64,000 nucleotides of DNA from an uncultured bacterium (GTDB lineage Bacteria; Zixibacteria; MSB-5A5; GN15; FEB-12), in the NCBI GenBank assembly GCA_965372795.1, contig CBDVDR010000011.1, forward strand, positions 32,001 to 96,000, written 5' to 3'. The notes beneath the pieces were generated by a model, which was not told where the DNA came from, did no database searches, and saw only the letters and a program-made list of their open reading frames with translations. The position numbers and the translations under genes were made by a program. Each line of letters opens with the position of its first letter. Position 1 is the first letter of the stretch. This document shows positions 20,147 to 31,300 of this stretch, piece after piece.

Positions 20147-20174
20147 ATTGGAATTTAATAGGAGTTAATATAAG

Positions 20175-20525
20175 ATGCCACGTTCTATGAACAATGTCGC
20201 TGCCCATCGCCGACATAAAAAGGTTTTAAAAAAAGCAAAAGGTAATTTCGGTGGAAGAAGAAATCTTTACCGCACTGCCTTAGAGACGGTCCATAAAGGT
20301 TTAAAATATGCCTATCGTGACCGTCGCAATAAAAAACGTGTATTCCGTTCATTATGGATTGCCCGTATTTCAGCAGCAGCCAAAATGTGCGATACTAATT
20401 ATTCGACATTTATACACGGATTAAAAAAAGCCGGTGTAAATCTTGACCGCAAAATTTTAGCTGATATCGCCGCCAGAGATATGGCTACTTTTCAAAACTT
20501 AGCCAAAATGGCTTCTGAAAATTAA
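20175..20525 (+). CDS. rplT: 50S ribosomal protein L20
   Basis: YAYRDRRNKKRVFRSLWIARI, LDRKILADIA. Confidence 0.99.
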   Translation: MPRSMNNVAAHRRHKKVLKKAKGNFGGRRNLYRTALETVHKGLKYAYRDRRNKKRVFRSLWIARISAAAKMCDTNYSTFIHGLKKAGVNLDRKILADIAARDMATFQNLAKMASEN

Positions 20526-20542
20526 GTCGTATAATATCGCTA

Positions 20543-21556
20543 ATGGCGCTATTAGATAAAATTTTACAGATTAAGCAAGAAGCGATCGATCGGATCAATA
20601 ATATTGATTCGATCGATTCTCTTAATGAGGTGCGGGTCAAATTTCTCGGACGCAAAGGGGAATTAACGGCTATTTTAAAAGGGCTCAAAGACCTGCCGGT
20701 TGAAGAAAAAAAAGCGGTGGGAGCCGAGGCTAATAAATGCCGGGTCTTTCTTGAAGAGCAAATCAACATTGCTTCGGAAAAATTCAAAACAGACAAAGTT
20801 GATTCATCATTTGATCCAACTTTGCCTGGAACAGCACCCCGTATCGGAGTAACCCATATTATAAATCAGGTTCTTGATGAAATTTGCCATACTTTTCATG
20901 GTATGGGTTTTGAAATAGACCGCGGACCTGATGTCGAGACTGATTTTTATAACTTTGAAGCTCTGAATTTCCCTCCTGACCATCCGGCAAGAGATATGCA
21001 GGATACCATGTTTGTTGAAGGGGGAAGATTATTACGCACTCATACGACTCCGGTTCAAGTAAGAAAACTTGAAAAGGAAAAACCTCCGATTAAAATCATT
21101 GCTCCCGGAAGAACTTATCGCCACGAAGCGATTTCAACCAGAGCACATATTGCATTTCATCAGGTAGATGGTTTTCTGGTTGATGTTGGCGTTACTATGG
21201 CAGATTTGAAAGGGGCTTTGCTTGCTTTTTGTAAAGCATTTTTTGGAGAGGACTTGAAGCTTAAATTTCGCCCTTCGTTCTTTCCTTTTACTGAACCTTC
21301 CGCTGAGGTAGACATCTCTTGTTTTCTGTGTAGCGGTAAAGGTTGTCAACTTTGTAAATACAGCGGTTGGCTGGAAATTTTAGGCTGTGGCATGATCGAT
21401 CCGAATGTGCTGATTAAAACCGGACATGACCCTGAAAAATATACCGGATATGCCTTCGGTATGGGAGTCGAACGGATTGCAATGTTGAAATACAAAATTA
21501 ATGATATAAGATTATTCTTTAATAACGATATAAGATTTCTTAGACAGTTTAAATAA
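20543..21556 (+). CDS. pheS: Phenylalanine--tRNA ligase alpha subunit
   Basis: HPARDMQDT, LRTHT, FRPSFFPFTEPSAEVD, CxxC..CxxC, GYAFGMGVER. Confidence 0.99.
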   Translation: MALLDKILQIKQEAIDRINNIDSIDSLNEVRVKFLGRKGELTAILKGLKDLPVEEKKAVGAEANKCRVFLEEQINIASEKFKTDKVDSSFDPTLPGTAPRIGVTHIINQVLDEICHTFHGMGFEIDRGPDVETDFYNFEALNFPPDHPARDMQDTMFVEGGRLLRTHTTPVQVRKLEKEKPPIKIIAPGRTYRHEAISTRAHIAFHQVDGFLVDVGVTMADLKGALLAFCKAFFGEDLKLKFRPSFFPFTEPSAEVDISCFLCSGKGCQLCKYSGWLEILGCGMIDPNVLIKTGHDPEKYTGYAFGMGVERIAMLKYKINDIRLFFNNDIRFLRQFK

Positions 21557-21558
21557 AC

Positions 21559-23946
21559 ATGAAAATTTCATACAAATGGTTATTAGAATTAACAGGATTG
21601 GACTGGCCTGTTGAAGAGGTTGCCGAGAGATTAACTCTCTGTGGTACTGCCTGTGAAGATTATGAATCCACATCGAAGTACTTAAATAATGTAATTGTTG
21701 GTGAGATTCTTGAAATTAACCCGGTTGAGGGTGCTGATAAAATCAGATTAACCAAAGTTGATACCGGTTCTGAAAAATTAGATATAATTTGTGGCGCCCC
21801 TAATATTGAAGTCGGTCAAAAAGTCCCGGTAGCTGTGATAGGTGCTGAACTGGCAGGCGATTTCAAAATAAAAAAAGCTAAAATCCGCGGAGTTGAATCA
21901 TATGGTATGATTTGTTCCAAACGGGAATTAGGCATCTCTGACGACCATGCTGGAATTTGGGTTCTCGAGCCAACGGCTAATACCGGTACTCCTTTTGCAG
22001 AATACCTTGATTATGACGACTATATTCTGACTTTTGAACTTACTCCTAATCGTGCTGACTCTACCTCTGCAATAGGAATTGCCCGTGATTTGGCAGCTTT
22101 GGCAAAAACATCGGTTATCAAACCGAAATTTGAAATTAAAGAAACTGCTGAAAAAGCATCTGATTTAATCAAAATAAACATTGAAGATACAAAAGCATGC
22201 CCAAGATATGCTGCTCGAATAATTAAAAATGTTAAAATAGCCGAATCTCCATGGTGGTTGCAGAAAAAGCTGATCACTGCCGGTGTTCGTCCTATAAATA
22301 ATATCGTTGATATTACAAATTTAGTGATGTTTGAAATTGGACATCCATTACACGCTTTTGACTTAAACCGTTTTGGGTCTGATGAAGTCCTGGTCAGAAT
22401 GGCAACTAAAGGTGAAAAGTTCACAACCCTTGATGCCAAGGAGCATGAGCTTACTCCGGATGTTATTCTAATTACAAATGGTAAAGAAGCTGTTGCTGCC
22501 GGTGGAGTTATGGGTGGTTTAAACTCTGAGGTAGAAGCTGACACTAAAGATATACTGCTTGAGGCGGCATATTTTAACTCGTCAATGATTCGTAAAAGCC
22601 GGAAGATTTTAGGTAATGTGACTGAATCATCAACTCGTTTTGAAAAGGGTGCTGATCCGAATCAGGGATTAGAATACGCAATCAATCGAGCTGCATATTT
22701 ATTTCAGGAAATATGCGGGGGTGAGGTTTTATCCGGAATAGTCGATTGTTATCCTGAAAAAATTGAACCGGTTACAGTATCACTTCGACCCCAACGCTGC
22801 AATGATATTCTTGGAACAAATTTATCGACAGAGCGAATTAAAGAGATTTTAACTTTATTAGAGCTTGAAGTCAAAGATGGCGACCCGCTTCAGATAACAG
22901 TGCCGACCTTCAGACCTGACCTCGAAAGGGAAATTGATCTGATTGAGGAAGTCGTCAGGATAGAAAGTTACGACAATGTTCCTAACTCGAATACTAATAT
23001 AGGGTCACTATATACGCCCACTCACTTCGAGGATAACTTTAAGTCCGAGCTGAGAACGTTACTGACTTCTATCGGTTTTGATGAGATTCTTGGACATGGC
23101 TTAGCTGATAAAAAATTAGCGGATAAATTGAATCCGGGCGTTCCTCAACTAAACCTTGTCAATCCTGTTTCTGAAGATATTAACATAATGCGGAATTCTC
23201 TGGCACAGACAGCTTTAAAAGTTATCGAGTTAAATGTTTCGCATCGTAATATAGATTTACAGTTATTTGAAATCGGTAAAGCTTATTTCCCGCCTGATAA
23301 AGATGATAATTGGGTGGAAAATGAAAAACTCCTTCTGACTGTTACTGGCAACAGTGAACACACCTGGCGAGAAACTCCGAGGGCGTATGATTTTTATGAT
23401 ATCACCGGAGCCTTTGATAATATTGTAAAACATTTTGGTGTTCCGGGATTTGAATTAAAATATTCCGGAAATCATTGGTTTACTTCGGATATATCATTTG
23501 ATGTGATTTTTGAAGGTGCTAAAATTGGCTCAGTAGGAAAAGTCTCAGCTGATATTATGAAAGCCTTTGATATAAAACAGACTATCTTCCTTGCTGAAAT
23601 TGATCTTTTACCTTTAATTACATATGGCAAGCAGTTGACAAAATACGAACAGCTTCCGGTTTATCCAGCAGCCCCGAGAGACCTCGCAATCCTTGTAAAA
23701 GAAGAGATAAAAGCCGGTGAGATTATAGAAGTTGTTAAAAAGGCTGCCGGGAAGATTGCTGAATCGGTCTCAATATTTGATTTATATACCGGAAAGCAAA
23801 TTGAAAAAGGAATGAAATCGATTGCGATTTCGATAAGCTATCGTTCTGCTGAAGGTAATCTTTCAAGTGACGTAGTTGATAAAAGACAAGCACTTGTAGT
23901 TAATTCATTAAAGAAAAACTTCAAGGCTGAAATTAGGGACAAGTAA
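21559..23946 (+). CDS. pheT: Phenylalanine--tRNA ligase beta subunit
   Basis: CGAPN, GVESYGMICS, LTPNRAD, RPINNIVDITN, RPDLEREIDLIEEV, C-terminal FDX-ACB domain. Confidence 0.99.
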   Translation: MKISYKWLLELTGLDWPVEEVAERLTLCGTACEDYESTSKYLNNVIVGEILEINPVEGADKIRLTKVDTGSEKLDIICGAPNIEVGQKVPVAVIGAELAGDFKIKKAKIRGVESYGMICSKRELGISDDHAGIWVLEPTANTGTPFAEYLDYDDYILTFELTPNRADSTSAIGIARDLAALAKTSVIKPKFEIKETAEKASDLIKINIEDTKACPRYAARIIKNVKIAESPWWLQKKLITAGVRPINNIVDITNLVMFEIGHPLHAFDLNRFGSDEVLVRMATKGEKFTTLDAKEHELTPDVILITNGKEAVAAGGVMGGLNSEVEADTKDILLEAAYFNSSMIRKSRKILGNVTESSTRFEKGADPNQGLEYAINRAAYLFQEICGGEVLSGIVDCYPEKIEPVTVSLRPQRCNDILGTNLSTERIKEILTLLELEVKDGDPLQITVPTFRPDLEREIDLIEEVVRIESYDNVPNSNTNIGSLYTPTHFEDNFKSELRTLLTSIGFDEILGHGLADKKLADKLNPGVPQLNLVNPVSEDINIMRNSLAQTALKVIELNVSHRNIDLQLFEIGKAYFPPDKDDNWVENEKLLLTVTGNSEHTWRETPRAYDFYDITGAFDNIVKHFGVPGFELKYSGNHWFTSDISFDVIFEGAKIGSVGKVSADIMKAFDIKQTIFLAEIDLLPLITYGKQLTKYEQLPVYPAAPRDLAILVKEEIKAGEIIEVVKKAAGKIAESVSIFDLYTGKQIEKGMKSIAISISYRSAEGNLSSDVVDKRQALVVNSLKKNFKAEIRDK

Positions 23947-23947
23947 G

Positions 23948-24190
23948 ATGGAAGAAAAATTTGAACAATTGTTTGGCAAGGTTGAGCGGCTGATTGATGC
24001 CCTTGAAACCTTAAAGAAACAAAATGAGTCCCTTAAGATTGAGAATGTACATTTAAAAAAAGAACTTACTCAAATTCAGAAAGAATATAATTCCATAAAA
24101 CTTGATGATTCTGACAAAAAAGAAAAAGTACGCAACAAACTTGTAAGCGTTCTTCAAAGGCTGGATCAGTTGGAAGAGATTGCAGGATAG
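23948..24190 (+). CDS. zapB: ZapB-like coiled-coil protein
   Basis: 80-aa coiled coil between pheT and zapA (conserved synteny). Confidence 0.7.
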   Translation: MEEKFEQLFGKVERLIDALETLKKQNESLKIENVHLKKELTQIQKEYNSIKLDDSDKKEKVRNKLVSVLQRLDQLEEIAG

Positions 24191-24197
24191 TTTTTTC

Positions 24198-24227
24198 TTG
24201 ACAATTATTTCTGAATTTAGATAAATT
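24198..24227 (+). promoter_or_regulatory. Possible sigma70 promoter for zapA-rny
   Basis: TTGACA(24198-24203)-N18-TAAATT. Confidence 0.5.
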
Positions 24228-24295
24228 ATTGTAAATTAGCAGGATAAGTAAAGGAATCCTGATTAGTAGTTATTTATAAATAGATAGCAGATTTT

Positions 24296-24589
24296 ATGAG
24301 TGATAATAAGGTTGTCGTAAAAATTTTTGGAGAAGAATATCCCATCTCGGGGGTAGCTGATCCATCCTATATTTCAAGAGTTGCTGATTATGTTGATTCG
24401 GTTATGAAAAAAACAGCCAAGTCTAGCCAGATAAAATTGAAAGACAGGGTAGCAATACTGGCAGCAATGTCTATTGCATCTGAACTTCATGAGAAATCTG
24501 ATAGCTTGGATTATATAGAAACCCGAATTTCATCAAGGCTTGACGATTTAAACAGTCAAATCGATAATGCTCTTGACGGTTTACCTTAA
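24296..24589 (+). CDS. zapA: Cell division protein ZapA
   Basis: V.IFGEEY.I, VADYVD..M, RVAILAAMSIA.EL. Confidence 0.92.
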   Translation: MSDNKVVVKIFGEEYPISGVADPSYISRVADYVDSVMKKTAKSSQIKLKDRVAILAAMSIASELHEKSDSLDYIETRISSRLDDLNSQIDNALDGLP

Positions 24590-24684
24590 GATTCTCTTAA
24601 ATCAATACTAAATCAATGTCCTTTGTCTTATCCATGCCTTTTCATATATAGTGACATCCAACCGTTGTTGGGTGGGAGGAACAC

Positions 24685-26253
24685 ATGGATTTAGAACTAG
24701 TATACATAATCGTAATTGCAATCGTTGTAGCTATTGTTTCTTTTCTGATTTCCTGGAATGTGGCTAAGAAAGCAAGTGCCAAGAATATTCAGGATGCTTC
24801 TGAAACAGCCAAGCGAATGCTTGGTGACGCTGAGAGCCAGGCCAAAATTCAGAAAAAAGAAGCTCTTCTGGAAGCTCGGGAAGAGTGGTTAAAATTAAAA
24901 AGTGAGTTTGACCAGGAATCTGATAAGAGGAAAAAAGAACTCGATGCAATGGAAAAAGACCTTTCTGAAAAGATGGGCTCTTTAAATAAAAAATTAGAAT
25001 TTGTTGAAGTTAAAGACCGCGAAATTTCAAATCGCGAAAAGAATATCCAGGCACGCGAAAAAGGGATTGAACTTAGACAAAATGAATTAGAGCAGGTTCT
25101 TCAACAACAGAACGAAAAACTGAGAAAAATCGCTCAAATGTCTCCGGAAGAAGCTAAACAGCAATTGATGGAGAATATGAAAGAAAAAGCTCGGTTAGAA
25201 GCCGCAGCTTATATTCAAGAAATAAAAGACAAAGCTGAAAAAGACGCTGAAAAAGAGGCTCGTGAAATTATTCTATCTTCAATTTATCGCTGTGCCGCTG
25301 ATCATACGGTTGAGACTACCGTCTCGGTTGTAAATCTTCCTAATGATGAAATGAAGGGAAGAATCATCGGGCGAGAAGGCAGAAATATCCGTTCATTTGA
25401 AACAGCGACAGGAATTGATGTTATTGTTGATGACACTCCGGAAGCTGTAATTTTGTCAGGATATGATCCTGTTAGACGTGAAATCGGTAGAATGGCTTTG
25501 GAAAAACTGATTGTCGATGGTAGAATTCACCCGACCAGAATTGAAGAAGTTGTTGAAAAAGCACAACAGGAAATGGAAGTTATCGTTCAGGAGGCTGGCG
25601 AGCAGGCTTGTTTTGAGCTTGGTGTTCATGGTCTTCATAAAGATATTATCCAGCTTCTCGGAAAGTTAAAATTCAGATCGTCATACGGTCAAAATGTTCT
25701 TAATCACTCCAAAGAGGTAGCGATGCTTTGCGGATTGATGGCAGCCGAGCTTGAACTTGATGCTGTTATGGCAAAAAGATGTGGTTTGATGCATGATATT
25801 GGTAAAGCGATCGATCGGGAAACCGAAGGTACGCATACTCAAATCGGTGCTGATTTTGTAAGACGATTCCATGAAAATGAAATAGTCATTAATGCAATTG
25901 AAGCTCATCATGGTGATGTTCCAATGCTGGGACCATATCCGGTTTTAGTACAAGCGGCTGATGCAATCTCTGGCGCCCGACCGGGTGCCCGCCGTGAACC
26001 TCTTGAAGCTTATATCAAGCGCCTAACTCAGCTTGAAGAATTAGCTGATAGTTTTAAAGGTGTTTCAAAAGCGTATGCTATCCAGGCTGGTCGTGAAATT
26101 CGTGTTATTGTTGAAAATGAAGCAATTGATGACCTTACCAGCACAATTTTAGCGGCTGATATTGCCCAAAAAATTGAAAATGAAATGCAATATCCGGGTC
26201 AGATCAAAGTGACAGTTATTCGTGAGACCAGATCGATAGAATTTGCAAAATAG
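24685..26253 (+). CDS. rny: Ribonuclease Y
   Basis: N-terminal TM, coiled coil, KH ([14 protein letters not shown]), HD (HDIGK), [20 protein letters not shown]. Confidence 0.99.
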   Translation: MDLELVYIIVIAIVVAIVSFLISWNVAKKASAKNIQDASETAKRMLGDAESQAKIQKKEALLEAREEWLKLKSEFDQESDKRKKELDAMEKDLSEKMGSLNKKLEFVEVKDREISNREKNIQAREKGIELRQNELEQVLQQQNEKLRKIAQMSPEEAKQQLMENMKEKARLEAAAYIQEIKDKAEKDAEKEAREIILSSIYRCAADHTVETTVSVVNLPNDEMKGRIIGREGRNIRSFETATGIDVIVDDTPEAVILSGYDPVRREIGRMALEKLIVDGRIHPTRIEEVVEKAQQEMEVIVQEAGEQACFELGVHGLHKDIIQLLGKLKFRSSYGQNVLNHSKEVAMLCGLMAAELELDAVMAKRCGLMHDIGKAIDRETEGTHTQIGADFVRRFHENEIVINAIEAHHGDVPMLGPYPVLVQAADAISGARPGARREPLEAYIKRLTQLEELADSFKGVSKAYAIQAGREIRVIVENEAIDDLTSTILAADIAQKIENEMQYPGQIKVTVIRETRSIEFAK

Positions 26254-26277
26254 ATTTCTTGTTTTAAATTGTTGATT

Positions 26278-26309
26278 ATAAAGTGGAGTATTGTTAAACT
26301 CCACTTTAT
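26278..26309 (+). terminator. 12-bp hairpin after rny
   Basis: ATAAAGTGGAGT-ATTGTTAA-ACTCCACTTTAT. Confidence 0.6.
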
Positions 26310-26319
26310 CGTTTATATA

Positions 26320-26368
26320 GAATCTGATTATAAGGGCAGCAGGATCAGATTCATTTAAAAGCTGCCTT
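26320..26368 (+). promoter_or_regulatory. Predicted H-type RNA pseudoknot upstream of ymdB
   Basis: S1 26320-26329/26343-26352; S2 26333-26340/26361-26368; A-rich L3. Confidence 0.5.
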
Positions 26369-26382
26369 AGAAAGTATTTTAA

Positions 26383-27213
26383 ATGTCTTTAATAACATTG
26401 ATGTTTGTTGCTGATATCAATGGGCAATCCGGACGGCAGACAGCATCGTATCTGATTAAACCTCTCCGTGAAAAATTTAATATCGACTATGTCATAGCCA
26501 ACACGGAAAATGCTGCCGGCGGGTTTGGTATAACGCCTGAAATGGCTCAAAAAGCATTCAGTTATGGAATCGATTTTCAAACATCCGGAAACCATATCTG
26601 GGATCGTTACGAGATAGTTAGTTATATTAAACGCAACCCAAAATTAATTCGTGCGGCCAACTATCCGCCCTCAGTTCCGGGCGCAGGTTTTTATATTGAT
26701 CAAATTGGGGATTATAAAATCGGAATAATATCTCTGATGGGTAGAACCTATATGAAGGATCTTGACTGCCCCTTCAGGGTTGGTGCCAGGATTGTAGAGA
26801 GTATCAAAGAAGAAACAGATATGATCTTTATTGACATGCATGCCGAAGCTACCTCTGAGAAACAAGCCCTTGCTTTTTTCCTTGATGGAAAAGTTTCAGC
26901 CGTAATTGGTACCCACACCCATGTTCAAACAGCTGATGAATCAATCAGCCATGCCGGAACAGCCTATTTGACCGATGCCGGCATGACCGGTCCCCACGAT
27001 TCAATTATCGGGATGCAGAAAGATCCCGCTTTGCAACGGTTCCTAACCGGAATGCCAAAAAGATTTTCCACTGCCGAGGGAGATTTGAAGTTATGCGGCG
27101 TGATTATCAAAATCGATCCCGAAACCGGTAAAGCTCACGAGATTAGAAGAATTAAATATGATTATAATCCTGACACCTTTGATCGTCAGAAATTCGTAGA
27201 AGAAACGGAATAG
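26383..27213 (+). CDS. ymdB: YmdB-family metallophosphoesterase (2',3'-cyclic nucleotide phosphodiesterase)
   Basis: ENAAGGFG, TSGNH, HAEATSEK, GTHTHVQTAD, D.GMTG; follows rny. Confidence 0.95.
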   Translation: MSLITLMFVADINGQSGRQTASYLIKPLREKFNIDYVIANTENAAGGFGITPEMAQKAFSYGIDFQTSGNHIWDRYEIVSYIKRNPKLIRAANYPPSVPGAGFYIDQIGDYKIGIISLMGRTYMKDLDCPFRVGARIVESIKEETDMIFIDMHAEATSEKQALAFFLDGKVSAVIGTHTHVQTADESISHAGTAYLTDAGMTGPHDSIIGMQKDPALQRFLTGMPKRFSTAEGDLKLCGVIIKIDPETGKAHEIRRIKYDYNPDTFDRQKFVEETE

Positions 27214-27221
27214 TAAACATA

Positions 27222-28103
27222 ATGACTGCTCAATTAATTGATGGTAAAATTGTTGCCGCCCAAGTTACTAAAGCCCTTATACCAAGAATTGAAGAACTCA
27301 AAGCAAAGGGAATTACTCCCGGATTAGCAACTGTTCTTGTGGGAGATGATCCCGCCTCGGCAACCTATGTCCGAAGCAAGGGGAAAGCTTGTGAGAAACT
27401 TGGATTATATAGCGAACAAATTACAAAAGATGCTTCATTCTCACAGCAGGAATTGATTGAGCTGGTCCAGTCATTAAATCGGAACGATAAAATTCATGGG
27501 ATATTAGTCCAGTCTCCACTTCCTTCGCACATGGATGAATTGACTGTGACAATGGCGATTAATCCGGCCAAAGATGTGGATGGTTTCCACCCTTATAATG
27601 TCGGGATGATGTTAATCGGGTGCAGTCAGTTATTGCCTTGTACTCCTTTTGGGATTATTAAATTGCTCGAAGCTTATGAAATCGACCCTTCCGGAAAGGA
27701 AGTTGTCGTTATCGGACGATCCAATATAGTTGGGAAGCCTATTGCTGTTCTGTTAATGCAAAAAGCAAAAACAGCCAACGCAACGGTAACAGTGGCACAT
27801 TCTCGATCAGGAAACCTTACCGAGATCTGTCTGAGGGCAGATATAATAATTGCCGCCATTGGTAAACCACACTTTGTTAAGCCTGAGATGGTGAAAGATG
27901 GGGCTGTTATTATTGATGTGGGAATCAACCGAATTGATGATCCCGGAAGTAAAAAAGGATATAAAATCGTCGGAGATGTTGACTTTGATGGTTGTTTAGA
28001 GAAAACCTCGTATATTACTCCTGTTCCGGGTGGAGTTGGCAGAATGACGATTGCTATGTTAATGGAGAATACTGTCAAAGCCGCTGAAATTATTTCAAAA
28101 TAA
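27222..28103 (+). CDS. folD: Bifunctional methylenetetrahydrofolate dehydrogenase/cyclohydrolase
   Basis: VGDDPAS..YV..K, KDVDGFHP, PCTP, GRSNIVGKP, TPVPGGVG. Confidence 0.99.
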   Translation: MTAQLIDGKIVAAQVTKALIPRIEELKAKGITPGLATVLVGDDPASATYVRSKGKACEKLGLYSEQITKDASFSQQELIELVQSLNRNDKIHGILVQSPLPSHMDELTVTMAINPAKDVDGFHPYNVGMMLIGCSQLLPCTPFGIIKLLEAYEIDPSGKEVVVIGRSNIVGKPIAVLLMQKAKTANATVTVAHSRSGNLTEICLRADIIIAAIGKPHFVKPEMVKDGAVIIDVGINRIDDPGSKKGYKIVGDVDFDGCLEKTSYITPVPGGVGRMTIAMLMENTVKAAEIISK

Positions 28104-28301
28104 CATTACGTAATGCTCTGCATATATGTCGCAGTAGGTTGCACTGTGTCGTCATTGAAGTAACATTATAAATAATGTATTACTACCATAAACATTATTC
28201 TAACACTAAAGATGTGTAACGTAAGATGATGAATAATAATAGATTATGAGCATAGTAGAGTGTGGATAAGAAAGTTTTTAAAAATCGTTTCATAATGTAA
28301 C

Positions 28302-28318
28302 AAGGCATGGACTTTGCT
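28302..28318 (+). promoter_or_regulatory. sigma54 (-24/-12) type promoter
   Basis: AAGGCATGGACTTTGCT: GG(28304-28305)-N10-GC(28316-28317), close to TGGCAC-N5-TTGCW. Confidence 0.6.
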
Positions 28319-28357
28319 CTATAAAGCTTGATGAATAAGAATTTTAAAATAGCAATA

Positions 28358-31300
28358 ATGAAATTTCTAACGATATCCTTGTTAGCTTTTTGTCTAATTT
28401 CGATTCAGGCATATGCTATTGAGGTTGAGTCCGGCTTTGATGATGACTTTGTAATATCTAATCTTTTCGATAATAGTTCATCTTTAGTAACAAATTTTGA
28501 AATACACCAATTAGATAATTTTACAATCGACTTATCTAATCCTAATGTTGAAGAGAGTTCAACCTATCTTCTTCAATTTGATATTTCACGCTCAGATTTT
28601 TTGAAACTTGGAAACGGAGGCTTCTCATTTTTATTCCCTCCGGGATTTGATTTATCAAATGCAGATGTTACTGATATTCAAGACTCGGTTTCTCAACATG
28701 AATATTCAATTTATAGCGCATCGGTCTTTGGTCAATTGTTAACCGTGCGTGTTTTAAGAAGCAAAAACGATGAATCGAGTGACGAAAGTTTAGATTTTGC
28801 TGTTACGATTCGCTTAGAGAATGTTATAAATACTAATATCGCCGGGCAATACGCTTTATATGGATTAGCTTTTGATAAAAAATTGCGCCTAATTGCTGGA
28901 CCTACCAAATCAAATTTATTTGAAATCCTTGGTTCCAATGGACTGACTATTGAACTGACTCCTTCTGAGGATTTAACAGTTCAAGCCGGTGACGATATCA
29001 ATTTCGAATTAACTGGATATGACTTAAATGGAAATCCGGTAGATCTTGAAAATGTAAGCTGGCTTTTAAAACCGGGCTCTGATCAAATTGGATATTTTGA
29101 CGGTTCCACTTTTAAAACTCAAAAAGTCGGACAGGGAATTATACAAGCTGTATATAAAAGCGAAATTATTGAAAGTGGACTCATTACAGTGATACCCGGA
29201 GAGTTAGCTTTTATCGAGCTTGATATTTCCCATAACCAGGTGGTTGGGTATCCGCTTCAAACCAGAGCAAAAATATATCTTTTGGATAGTTTCGGAAATT
29301 TCAAAACTGATTATGATCTTCTGAATAATCCGCTTGAGTTATCAATTTCCGAGGGTGTGATTTCTCCTGATTTAGTTAATGATAATTCATTGTTGATTGA
29401 AGGGGTTATTGATCTTCTACCATTAGAAATTCAATATGAAGGTCAATCAGTTACTGTTGAAATGTATGCATCTTCTAACGGAATTCAATCAAACAATTCG
29501 GTTGTTTCATTTAATGGATTTGAAATACTTGATGTTTTAAATTCAGATGGTACAGCTCTTTTCCGGGTATTGCCCAATCAGAGTCTTGAAATTAATCTAT
29601 TTGCTTCAAATAACGGAACTCAAATAGCTTTAGACAAGCCTAAGTTGACAGCCTTTTATAATTCAAAGCCTGATGATTTCGTGACAACATTATTTGATGG
29701 AAGTTACGGTGGGATTATTAAAAATATTCCTATTATCTTACCGCCTCATACAGGGGATCCATCAGAAGATATTATAACATTTCAGATTTCGGCTGATTAT
29801 TCTATCAACGGCAAGGTATTAAATTATTTCACTGAAACAGAAATTCAGATTTTTATTGAAGAAGAATCCAAGCCGGACCTCTCGGTTGCAAATCTATTTC
29901 CAACAGTTGTCTCAGCCGGAACAGATGCAGCATTTGAATTTGATCTGCTGCTTGAAGAATCATTTGGGGAAGTTTTGGAGGTTATTCAGGCTGAATTTAA
30001 TTTATCTGGAAACTCTTTTAATTCATCATCGGAACTCTTTTTTATAAATAATCAAATTCTACCGGGGAATAATAAAGTAACCAGTGGACCGATATTTATT
30101 CCACCGGTTTTATCTGACAATGAATTGGAAGCAAGTGTCTCGATCACTTATTCGGATTCAAAGGGGAAAATATCACAATTTAATAGTCATTTTGATGATA
30201 TCTCTGTTTTGATTACGTCTGAAACGATTGTTGAAATTACAAATTTAACCATTATTTCACAAAATTCACCAAGAGTAAATATAAATCAGAACTTTACAGT
30301 TGAAGCAACTATAACAAATAAATCTGATGTTGAGATTGTTGATCTTGAAATTCAATTAGCATCCAATGGAAGTTCTATTTTTGATGGAATAAGACTTGTT
30401 GAATTATCCGCTCTTGAATCAAAGATAATAAGTTTTCCCGTAACCGCTTCATCTGTTGCGACGATTAATGAAACTTTCATTTTGAGTCTGGTTTCTTCAA
30501 ATGTAATCCAGTCCCCAATACAATCACCATCAACATTTATTGTTATTGATGAACCGGCTGAACTTACATTGAGCTATTCATTGATTGGTATAACAAACAA
30601 TCTCATTGAAAAAGGTAAAACCTTTTCATTGTTGGTGAATCTGACAAAAACCGGAACATCTGAAGTTTCCGATGCCTCGTATAAATTATTAATAGAAAAT
30701 GATTTTGTTTCTGATCTGCCTTTAGATGGATTGTTAAAAGTAAACGAACAAATGATATTCAATATCACCGTTCCTGATTTTGCTGTAACAGCTAATTTTG
30801 ATTTTAGTTTAACAGCTATACCTATTGAAACTAATACCTCTGTGAATGCCAGTATAAATCAAGAATCATTTAATTTTGATATTACAGTCTTATCAGATTC
30901 TCCTGAGCAAGCCACAGTGCGTATTCGTCGAGTAATTGTTGAGGCGCCTAATGCACCAAGAATAAATATGAATCAAAATTTTGAAATTATTTGCTTGGTT
31001 GAGAACCTTTCAGAATTTAATATTGCTGATCTTCGACTCAATCTGTCAACTAATGGATTCTCAATATTAACAGCAGAACAGTTGGTTTCGATTCCTGCCA
31101 ATGATAGTATTGAAGTTCGGTATCAAGTTACCGCAGCTTCAGAGATGAATGATAATGAAGTGTTTACTCTTGAAATTTTATCTACCAATGTAAATATTTT
31201 AAATCCGGTTGATAATATCGCTTCTGTAATAATAGAAGCACCAGTAAATATTGAACTGAATCATAATCTGTTCAATGTGCATAATGGCGTTGTCAGCAGG

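Noticed and set aside
22020..22544. Longer antisense and alternative-frame ORFs (e.g. 22020-22544, 27674-28078, 48414-48797, 55873-56220, 17282-17572)
   Set aside because: Shadows of well-supported genes, without SD or recognisable motifs
28261..28269. Perfect DnaA box (TGTGGATAA) in an AT-rich spacer, possible oriC
   Set aside because: Single box, no cluster, no dnaA/dnaN/gidA nearby; at most a regulatory site
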